Shown here: positions 8,856 to 14,956 of the stretch, piece after piece
Layout: every line of letters begins with the position of its first letter
Position numbering within the stretch: position 1 is the stretch's first letter
IMG/VR virus record: IMGVR_UViG_3300016667_000190
Location: 1 to 24,172 of that record
Origin: a virus
Lineage: Duplodnaviria; Caudoviricetes
Length of the DNA stretch: 24,172 nucleotides
Direction: 5' to 3' (one strand)
The notes under the pieces: generated by a model
The model's input: the letters and a program-made list of their open reading frames with translations, nothing else
Database searches by the model: none
What the model was told of the DNA's origin: nothing
Made by a program: the position numbers and the translations under genes

Positions 8856-9029
8856 ATGCCGAAGGTAGGAAGCAAGCATTTTTCGTACACAAAGGCTGGC
8901 TACGCCGCCGCCAAGAAGGAGGCGGCTAAGACTGGCAAGAAGATGGTCGTCCCCAAGAAGGGTCACGAGAAGACTGAGAGCGCCGCAGAGCGGCGTCGTG
9001 AGTACGGCCCGAAGGGCAAGAAGAAGTAA
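8856..9029 (+). CDS. Small Lys-rich phage protein, 57 aa
   Basis: Read manually: MPKVGSKHFSYTKAGYAAAKKEAAKTGKK...; AGGAG RBS; TAATG coupling to the next gene. Confidence 0.75.
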   Translation: MPKVGSKHFSYTKAGYAAAKKEAAKTGKKMVVPKKGHEKTESAAERRREYGPKGKKK

Positions 9030-9301
9030 TGGCGTCGACACCTGCTTGGCAACGCAAAGAAGGCAAGAACCCCAAAGGTGGACTCAACGCCAAAGGCCGC
9101 GCCTCCTACAACAAAGCCACAGGCGGAAACCTCAAACCCCCTGTCAAAGCCAAACAGGCTAAGAAGTCGCCTGCCGCAGCAGCGCGACGCAAATCTTTCT
9201 GCGCCCGCATGGAAGGTATGAAGAAACACAACACCTCCAGCAAAACAGCCAAAGACCCCAACTCCCGTATCAACAAATCACTACGAGCATGGGACTGCTA
9301 A
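9029..9301 (+). CDS. Small basic phage protein (resembles DUF6321 family)
   Basis: AWQRKEGKNPKGGLNAKGRASY...RRKSFCARM...SRINKSLRAWDC matches, from memory, a family widespread in aquatic phages; family name not verified. Confidence 0.7.
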   Translation: MASTPAWQRKEGKNPKGGLNAKGRASYNKATGGNLKPPVKAKQAKKSPAAAARRKSFCARMEGMKKHNTSSKTAKDPNSRINKSLRAWDC

Positions 9302-9549
9302 TGACACCCCCTCGCGTCACAATCCGCTGGTGGGACACCTACGCCATCGAAGACGGCTGGTACGACCTCGACACCCCCCACCACGACCGCATCCTCGAAA
9401 CCACAGGATTCCTCGTCGGAGAAACCCCCAACTACCTCCACATCGCAGCCACATGGGACACCCACAGCGAACAATACACCACAGCCATAGCCATCTACAA
9501 ACCCTGCGTCGACAGCCGAAGCGACAAACCACTCCAAATCGTATCCTGA
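9301..9549 (+). CDS. Conserved small phage hypothetical protein
   Basis: TAATG coupling; VTIRWWD...GW...TTGFLV pattern; followed by a terminator. Confidence 0.65.
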   Translation: MTPPRVTIRWWDTYAIEDGWYDLDTPHHDRILETTGFLVGETPNYLHIAATWDTHSEQYTTAIAIYKPCVDSRSDKPLQIVS

Positions 9550-9572
9550 CCAGCAGGAGTCCCACAAACAAG

Positions 9573-9600
9573 ACCCCCCACACGGGGGGTTCTTTCATTT
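9573..9600 (+). terminator. Intrinsic terminator
   Basis: ACCCCCC-ACAC-GGGGGGT followed by TCTTTCATTT. Confidence 0.75.
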
Positions 9601-9655
9601 AACCCCCAACATATCCGCCAACCACGATTTCTCCCTGCGCAGAGAGACTCCTATG

Positions 9656-9690
9656 GGCAATCACGGGGCGGGGGGGCCGTGTAGGGGGTG
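9656..9690 (+). other. G-tract element 1 (G-quadruplex-capable)
   Basis: GGG-CAATCAC-GGGG-C-GGGGGGG-CCGTGTA-GGGGG; related to the element at 16950-16987. Confidence 0.5.
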
Positions 9691-9819
9691 CGACACACGG
9701 GACGCGACACGAAACATGGTCACAGGGCGCACGCAGGGGGAACAGGGCTATCACGATTATTCCCGTACCAGCATAGTATGAGGGAACAGTACAGATTTCC
9801 TCACCAACATCAACCCTAC

Positions 9820-9843
9820 GGACTGAAAGGTGGCTTTCAGTTC
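9820..9843 (+). repeat. CTGAAAG-N4-CTTTCAG hairpin, copy 1
   Basis: GGACTGAAAG-GTGG-CTTTCAGTTC just upstream of the first early gene RBS. Confidence 0.85.
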
Positions 9844-9861
9844 ACATGAAAGGAAACTACA

Positions 9862-10317
9862 TTGGCCAGTAACGTTCGTACCACCACGCGGGTGGAGTTC
9901 AGCAAGCACGAGTCGCTCATCACGAAGGGTGAGGTCATCGCCCTGAAGGGTTGGTGGCACGCTGCCGATGAGTGCGTGAAGAAGTGTGACGGCAACGCTT
10001 CGGCGTACGCTCGTCTCGCTGCCAAGCAGGCTCGCAAGAACACCGAGGGCACGATTCGTGTGTTCGTCGGCGCTGTGCGCCGTGCTCAGGAGATGGGGTA
10101 CACCCTCGACTACTTCGTGAGCAACGACCTCGGTATCGAGCACGTTCGTGCGACTGTGGCGGGCAAGGGTGAGCGCAAGGCGGGCGTGAAGGTGTCGAAG
10201 GTGTCGATGCCGACTGAGCGTGCTGAGAAGGCTGTGCGTGGCATGAACCGCCTCGAACTCAAGGCCACCATCAAGGCCGCCCAGGCTGCGCTGAAGGCGC
10301 TCGACCGCAAGAACTGA
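9862..10317 (+). CDS. First early-region protein, Ala/Lys/Arg-rich, function unknown
   Basis: GAAAGGA RBS, TTG start, strong codon bias; stop TGA lies within hairpin copy 2. Confidence 0.75.
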   Translation: MASNVRTTTRVEFSKHESLITKGEVIALKGWWHAADECVKKCDGNASAYARLAAKQARKNTEGTIRVFVGAVRRAQEMGYTLDYFVSNDLGIEHVRATVAGKGERKAGVKVSKVSMPTERAEKAVRGMNRLELKATIKAAQAALKALDRKN

Positions 10318-10333
10318 AAGTTGGCTTTCAATT
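10312..10333 (+). repeat. CTGAAAG-N4-CTTTCAG hairpin, copy 2 (one mismatch)
   Basis: AACTGAAAG-TTGG-CTTTCAATT; abuts the hammerhead. Confidence 0.75.
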
Positions 10334-10395
10334 GCCGAAACGCCGTGAGGCGTCGTTCACAGGTTGCCCTCTGTGAGCCTGAATGATGGCAGGGC
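10332..10395 (+). ncRNA. Type II hammerhead ribozyme, variant core
   Basis: Order is UGCC-GAAA, stem III (CGCC-GUGA-GGCG), UC, stem I (GUUCACAG/CUGUGAGC), CUGAAUGA, U-GGCA. Loop I GCCCU can pair with the 3' AGGGC. Predicted cleavage after GUC at 10354. Confidence 0.75.
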
Positions 10396-10409
10396 TGAAA
10401 GGACATGAG

Positions 10410-10589
10410 ATGAAACTGACCAAGGACGAGCGTGAGGCTCTTGAGAACATCGACGAGATGTTGATGGACTTCATCAAGTCGTGCGGTTATCGCCGTGTGA
10501 TGAAGAACGCGAACCTGCTGAAGGTTCTCAAGGCCAGCAACGCTATCGGCGTCGCTCTTGACGCTGATAGCAAGGTCAGCAAGGGCTGA
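10410..10589 (+). CDS. Small hypothetical protein
   Basis: GAAAGGA RBS at 10397-10403, ATG 10410; stop lies in hairpin copy 3. Confidence 0.65.
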   Translation: MKLTKDEREALENIDEMLMDFIKSCGYRRVMKNANLLKVLKASNAIGVALDADSKVSKG

Positions 10590-10605
10590 AAGGCGACTTT
10601 CAGTT
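10584..10605 (+). repeat. CTGAAAG-N4-CTTTCAG hairpin, copy 3
   Basis: GGCTGAAAG-GCGA-CTTTCAGTT, GNRA loop. Confidence 0.85.
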
Positions 10606-10692
10606 GTCAGCACGCACGACTCCTTGTGGGTCGTGCCGTGCGAACGGCACATGGCATGAGTGTTGTGTGTTGTTCGCTCGCAAAGTGCGGGC
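10606..10692 (+). ncRNA. Putative structured RNA, three-way junction copy A
   Basis: P1 GCAC/GTGC, P2 GCACGACTC/GGGTCGTGC, P3 of about 20 bp (10637-10680) with many G-U pairs, CAAA linker. Confidence 0.5.
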
Positions 10693-10713
10693 CATTACAT
10701 GAAAGGTAGAACC

Positions 10714-10896
10714 ATGACAGAGCAGGAACGTGAGGCTTTGATTGCCTCACTTGATGAGGTGCGCCTCGTTATTGGGCGTGTGATGACGCCTGAGAAGTTG
10801 CGTGCGAGCGACGACAGGAAGCGTCGGCTTGCGTTTGCGTTGGCTCAGGCTGATGTGCGTGCTGCCGAGGCACAGGCGAGATTGCGAGGTGAGTGA
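10714..10896 (+). CDS. Small helical hypothetical protein
   Basis: GAAAGG RBS, ATG 10714 (MTEQEREALI); TGATG coupling to the next gene. Confidence 0.65.
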   Translation: MTEQEREALIASLDEVRLVIGRVMTPEKLRASDDRKRRLAFALAQADVRAAEAQARLRGE

Positions 10897-11288
10897 TGAG
10901 AACACCGAAACAGCGTGATCTGATCATGCGTCTGGCAGAAATCGAAGCATCTCTGTGTGAGATGTCTGAAAGTGGCTGGAATATTGATTTCAGTTTTCTT
11001 GACGACGAGGACAAGTACGAGAGTCGGCATTTGATGACTCTAGTGAGTCGTGCTTCGGCTGTTGTTGTTGTTTGTTCTGCCGATGTTCACGGCGAGCATT
11101 ATTTCGAGTGGGGGCTTCAGTCGCGTTTCCCTCATGCTCATGCGACAATGGACTACAACAACTACCGTTCACAAGACTCGGTGTCACTCGCGCGTGAGTT
11201 TGCGGATGCGTTTGGGCTGGAGTTTCTTAAGCCACGATGTGTCTGTGTGGGTTGTGTCGGTGCTCGTGTCAGAGGCGAGGTGGAGTGA
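10896..11288 (+). CDS. Hypothetical protein
   Basis: GAGGT RBS; translationally coupled on both sides; C-terminal CVCVGC. Confidence 0.6.
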   Translation: MRTPKQRDLIMRLAEIEASLCEMSESGWNIDFSFLDDEDKYESRHLMTLVSRASAVVVVCSADVHGEHYFEWGLQSRFPHAHATMDYNNYRSQDSVSLAREFADAFGLEFLKPRCVCVGCVGARVRGEVE

Positions 11289-11608
11289 TGTCGTTGTATA
11301 AACCCGAACTGCGTTCGCTCGTGATGAGTGTGCGCTCTGATGACTTCGATCCAGATGATTGGTGGCAGGTTGATGCTGTTGCTGAGTCGTGGCAGAAGGC
11401 GTGGAATACGGATGCGTTGTCGCTTGCGATGATGTTGTTCGGTGTGATGTTCCATCATCTCACCGACTACAAGTACGCAGGTCGTATCAGCGAGATGCGT
11501 GATGCGTGGTTCATGTGGGGTCGCCTGTCGGGCGAGGCCACGGAGGTTGCGTTTCCCATTTGCGCAGCCGTGGCTGCGTGGACGAAGTGGGAGGCTGACA
11601 ATGCCTGA
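11288..11608 (+). CDS. Hypothetical protein (Trp-rich)
   Basis: GAGGTGGAG RBS; TGATG-coupled ATG 11288. Confidence 0.6.
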   Translation: MSLYKPELRSLVMSVRSDDFDPDDWWQVDAVAESWQKAWNTDALSLAMMLFGVMFHHLTDYKYAGRISEMRDAWFMWGRLSGEATEVAFPICAAVAAWTKWEADNA

Positions 11609-11828
11609 CTTCTCCGCCATGTCGTTCGCCACGTCGCTGTATGCGAACCAAGGCGATTACAACGCGAACATTGCCATCGAGATTTCGTCGATGGTGTCGC
11701 AGGAACAGTTTCTCGAACTGTTCGAGGCCATCGCATCGTTCGTGCCTGATGGCACGGTGGTGCGTATCAACAACATGACGACCGCCGATTACAGATGGGA
11801 GTTGGAGCAGACTCGTTGCGAGTTGTGA
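11601..11828 (+). CDS. Hypothetical protein
   Basis: GGAGG RBS, ATG 11601 (MPDFSAMSF). Confidence 0.55.
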   Translation: MPDFSAMSFATSLYANQGDYNANIAIEISSMVSQEQFLELFEAIASFVPDGTVVRINNMTTADYRWELEQTRCEL

Positions 11829-11829
11829 C

Positions 11830-11933
11830 GGGCGTGCGAGATGGCAGCGTGTGTTGCCATCTCGTGCGAGAAGCACATCGGATTGAAAGGTGACTTTCAG
11901 TTTGGTGTGTTTCTCGCACGCACAAGCGTGCCC
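11830..11933 (+). ncRNA. Putative structured RNA, three-way junction copy B, capped by hairpin copy 4
   Basis: P1 GGGCGTGC/GCGTGCCC, P2 GAGATGGCAGC/GTTGCCATCTC, P3 of 26 bp (11864-11919, fully paired when G-U is allowed) ending in TTGAAAG-GTGA-CTTTCAG, then a CACAA linker. Confidence 0.6.
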
Positions 11934-11952
11934 AACACAGAAAGATAGGACA

Positions 11953-13161
11953 ATGACAACCAACATCAACAACAACGCAGATGTCGAACCCGACGACGAG
12001 TCGTACACGTGTGACAACTGTGGTGAGGTTCGCCCTGACGAGTCTCACGCACGTGAGGTGCGTTCGTCGTGGCAGCAGCGTCGTCACAGCAATGTTCCGT
12101 CGCACTTCGGTTGCGATTCGTGCTGTGTCCGTTGCGTGGACTGCGGTGCGTACGATTTCGTCGATGACTCGTACGAGTATCGTGGCGACTCGGTGTGCCG
12201 TTTCTGTTTCGACAGTCACTACAGCATCTGCGACGACTGCGAGGAACTCGTTGCCAGCGACGATGTCTGCTATCCCGTCATCGGCTATGACCGCCGTGGT
12301 GATGAGGAACTCGACTACGATGTCCGTCTATGCGAGGACTGCTACGAGTTGCGTGACCTGCCCGAACAGCGGACGCAGTACATCTTCTCGTACTCGTACC
12401 GTCCGTCGCCTGTGTTCCGCCGTCTCGACGCTGACTCGTGCGTGAAGGTGTCGTACACGCCGACTCGTGACCTGTTCATGGGTTACGAGTTGGAGACGAA
12501 CGAGTACCGCTGTGGTGACATCGCTGAGGCTGCTCAGTACATCATGGAGAACTCGCCCACCGACTACCTGTACCTCAAGGAGGACGGCAGCATCTCGGGC
12601 TTCGAGATTGTGTCGCACCCTGCGACGTTCGAGGCTCACATGGCTGTCGCTCCGTTCGAGGCGTTCGAGCAACTCGCTACGAACTTCGGCATGTCGTCGT
12701 GGCGTGGCGGTGGCTGTGGCCTTCATGTTCACCTGTCCAAGCGTGCGTTCACGCAGTCTCACATGATGAAGTTCATGATGTTTCACGAACTCAACGCTGA
12801 GATGCTGAAGCGTTTCGCTGGTCGTGACTCGCAGTCGTACGCCTCGTTCGACGGCAACAAGCGTGAGCGCAAGTTCGATGTTGCGAAGGGTAACCGTGTG
12901 AATTCGTCACGGTACTCGGCTCTCAACTTCCAGAACGACGCCACGGTCGAACTGCGTTACTTCCGTGGCTCGCTCAAGCCTGTCACCGTCAAGGGTGTGC
13001 TTGAGATGTGTCAGGCGATGTACGACTACACCCGTGACATCAGTACCCGTGACATCATCAACCGCAATGCGCTCGCATGGGACAACTTCCGTGCGTTCGC
13101 CGTCAGCACCGAGAAGTTCGAGAACCTGCCCAAGGTGTTCGAGCAGCGAGGAATGAACTGA
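11953..13161 (+). CDS. Putative amidoligase (COOH-NH2 ligase, glutamine synthetase-like fold) with N-terminal Cys-rich Zn ribbons
   Basis: Motifs MGYELET, EDGSI, FEIVSHP, CGLHVH, RYSALN, TVELRYF; six CxxC pairs in the N-terminus; ATG 11953 with AGGA RBS. Confidence 0.85.
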   Translation: MTTNINNNADVEPDDESYTCDNCGEVRPDESHAREVRSSWQQRRHSNVPSHFGCDSCCVRCVDCGAYDFVDDSYEYRGDSVCRFCFDSHYSICDDCEELVASDDVCYPVIGYDRRGDEELDYDVRLCEDCYELRDLPEQRTQYIFSYSYRPSPVFRRLDADSCVKVSYTPTRDLFMGYELETNEYRCGDIAEAAQYIMENSPTDYLYLKEDGSISGFEIVSHPATFEAHMAVAPFEAFEQLATNFGMSSWRGGGCGLHVHLSKRAFTQSHMMKFMMFHELNAEMLKRFAGRDSQSYASFDGNKRERKFDVAKGNRVNSSRYSALNFQNDATVELRYFRGSLKPVTVKGVLEMCQAMYDYTRDISTRDIINRNALAWDNFRAFAVSTEKFENLPKVFEQRGMN

Positions 13162-13178
13162 AAGGAGACTTTCAGTTC
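13155..13178 (+). repeat. CTGAAAG-N4-CTTTCAG hairpin, copy 5
   Basis: GAACTGAAAG-GAGA-CTTTCAGTTC, perfect 10-bp stem containing the amidoligase TGA stop. Confidence 0.9.
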
Positions 13179-13227
13179 CAACATCAACTAACCAACAAAC
13201 AACACAACATCAGAAAGGAAAGACATC

Positions 13228-14058
13228 ATGTGTCTTCTCATTTACGCAATGCCCAACCACAACATCCCCGTCGAGCACCTGCGTGAGGCAGCGGCCAGCA
13301 ACCCCGATGGTTTCGGGTTCGCTATCCGCACACGCAAGCGCATCATCACCCATCGCACGATGGAGATTGACGACGCTATCGAGCGTTGGAACTACGAGCG
13401 CACTCGCAACATGAGTGCTCATGCGCTGTTCCATCTGCGCATCACCACACACGGCGGAACCAACGTCGAGAACTGTCACCCGTTCATTGTCGAGGACGGT
13501 GTTGTCCTCGCACACAACGGCATGCTTCCCATCAAGGAGAAGGAAGGCATGAGCGATACCCGTCAGTTCGCCACCGAGTGGCTCCCGTACATGGGTGTCG
13601 ATGTGCTTGATGACCCCGATGAGTTCTCTGAGATTGAGCGTTTCGCTCAGGGTTCCAAGATGGTCATCTTGTCCAACAGCGACAAGTTGTCGAAGCCTCT
13701 ATACATGGTCAACGAGCGTGACGGCCATTGGAATAACGGCATCTGGTATAGCAACTACTCGTACGAGCCGTACGTTCCTACTGCTCGTCGTGGTGGCTGG
13801 AACAACTATCCGACAACCTACGCTTACGGCGACAAGGACTTGTCAGATGACCTTGCCAACGGCTGGTACTACGACAACCAGACGGGCTGCTGGACTGACG
13901 GCGACTCCGACATCGAAGGTTGGGTGTGTCAGGTGTGTGACCACACCGAGTGGTACGACCTGTCCATCGACCACCCTGAGGCGTGCGAGGTTTGCCGTAC
14001 CTGCTGGTACTGTCAGAAGTCCCTGTGGGAGTGCTCGTGCGAACTGGCGGAGGGCTGA
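13228..14058 (+). CDS. Class II (Ntn) glutamine amidotransferase with C-terminal Cys-rich Zn ribbon
   Basis: Met-Cys start, NPDGFG, HLRITTHG, NCHPF, HNG and SDT motifs; C-terminal CQVC, CEVC, CWYC, CSC. Confidence 0.9.
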   Translation: MCLLIYAMPNHNIPVEHLREAAASNPDGFGFAIRTRKRIITHRTMEIDDAIERWNYERTRNMSAHALFHLRITTHGGTNVENCHPFIVEDGVVLAHNGMLPIKEKEGMSDTRQFATEWLPYMGVDVLDDPDEFSEIERFAQGSKMVILSNSDKLSKPLYMVNERDGHWNNGIWYSNYSYEPYVPTARRGGWNNYPTTYAYGDKDLSDDLANGWYYDNQTGCWTDGDSDIEGWVCQVCDHTEWYDLSIDHPEACEVCRTCWYCQKSLWECSCELAEG

Positions 14059-14059
14059 C

Positions 14060-14185
14060 ATGTACACAGCACTCTCTGCTTTCATTCTGTCGGCGTTGTG
14101 GGTCGTGAGTTTGTTCGCGGCCTATGACGCTGGCAGAGACAACGGAATACTCACCGAACGCAACAAGAGAAAGAGGAACAAGTAA
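14060..14185 (+). CDS. 41 aa single-pass membrane protein
   Basis: GGAGG RBS; MYTALSAFILSALWVVSLFAAY plus a basic tail; TAATG coupling. Confidence 0.6.
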   Translation: MYTALSAFILSALWVVSLFAAYDAGRDNGILTERNKRKRNK

Positions 14186-14496
14186 TGGAAATCCAAATCA
14201 CACACAAGGGCATGACGTTCTACTTCGTGGAGCACATGCTCCCTGAGGGTGCTGCGTGGACAACGAGCGTGGACTGTCTCGACCGTGAGAGCGGTCATGC
14301 GTACCGCGCCGATGTCATCATCGTGCCTGACCCGATGAACTACGACTGTCCTAGCCGTGAGTTCCATGAGTTGTACAGCGTCTCCGCTTTGCGGTTCCGC
14401 TCGTTCAGCCAGTTCCTCAAGACACTCAAGAACGGGGGAGTGGACTTCACCATTCGCCGTCCTCGTGTCCACACCAAATCTGTCGGGAACCCCTGA
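14185..14496 (+). CDS. Hypothetical protein
   Basis: GAGGA RBS, coupled start. Confidence 0.6.
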   Translation: MEIQITHKGMTFYFVEHMLPEGAAWTTSVDCLDRESGHAYRADVIIVPDPMNYDCPSREFHELYSVSALRFRSFSQFLKTLKNGGVDFTIRRPRVHTKSVGNP

Positions 14497-14535
14497 CAGT
14501 CCAACAACAACAACAACAACAAGAAAGGTAAACCA

Positions 14536-14955
14536 ATGAACACCAACAACACAGTAGAAGAGTGGTTCGTCCAACTCAAGGCGTGCTATTTGCTGCGCTA
14601 CGCAGGCATCATCACCGACGAGCAGTTGGAGGCTGGCACACAATGGCTGACAGACATAAACAGGCTGCTCAATGGCGTGAAGCCGAGCGTCCCTGACACT
14701 CAGCCGACACCCGTCAGCACTCAGCCGACAGTCACCGTCACTCGTCGTCGTTTCACCGACGATGACAACGCAACGCTGTTGCGTCTGTACGCAAGAGGCT
14801 GGACTACTGCCCGTATCGCTGACGAGTTGGGCAGGACTCACGCTACAATTGTTCAGAAGGTGAAGCGCCTTCAGGAACAGGGGGTTCTCCCCCGCCGTTA
14901 CCGTCCTCGCAAGGACAGCATCAACACAAACAACACACAGAAAGCAGGTAAGTGA
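14536..14955 (+). CDS. HTH DNA-binding protein (GcrA/Myb-like C-terminal HTH)
   Basis: RFTDDDNATLLRLYARGWTTARIADELGRTHATIVQKVKRL; GAAAGG RBS after (CAA)7. Confidence 0.7.
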   Translation: MNTNNTVEEWFVQLKACYLLRYAGIITDEQLEAGTQWLTDINRLLNGVKPSVPDTQPTPVSTQPTVTVTRRRFTDDDNATLLRLYARGWTTARIADELGRTHATIVQKVKRLQEQGVLPRRYRPRKDSINTNNTQKAGK

Positions 14956-14956
14956 G

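Noticed and set aside
9708-9725. Second hammerhead (CGAAAC-ATG-GTC)
   Set aside because: No CUGANGA partner or stems I/II nearby.
9738-9789. GGGAACAG twice, resembling an ECF sigma (SigH/SigE) -35
   Set aside because: No GTT -10 element at the expected spacing and only two copies.
10383-10409. Upstream start extensions in the ORF track (10383, 10660, 11890)
   Set aside because: They run through the structured RNA elements; downstream ATGs at 10410, 10714 and 11953 have clear RBSs.
9820-13178. Hairpin repeats as a CRISPR array (TTGAAAG resembles some repeat ends)
   Set aside because: Spacing is irregular (about 270-1300 bp), whole ORFs lie between copies, and there is no cas operon.
9820-13178. 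Hairpins as integron attC sites (AAC...GTT ends, stop codon overlap)
   Set aside because: Only about 22 bp, no RYYYAAC/GTTRRRY boxes or extrahelical bases, and no integrase.
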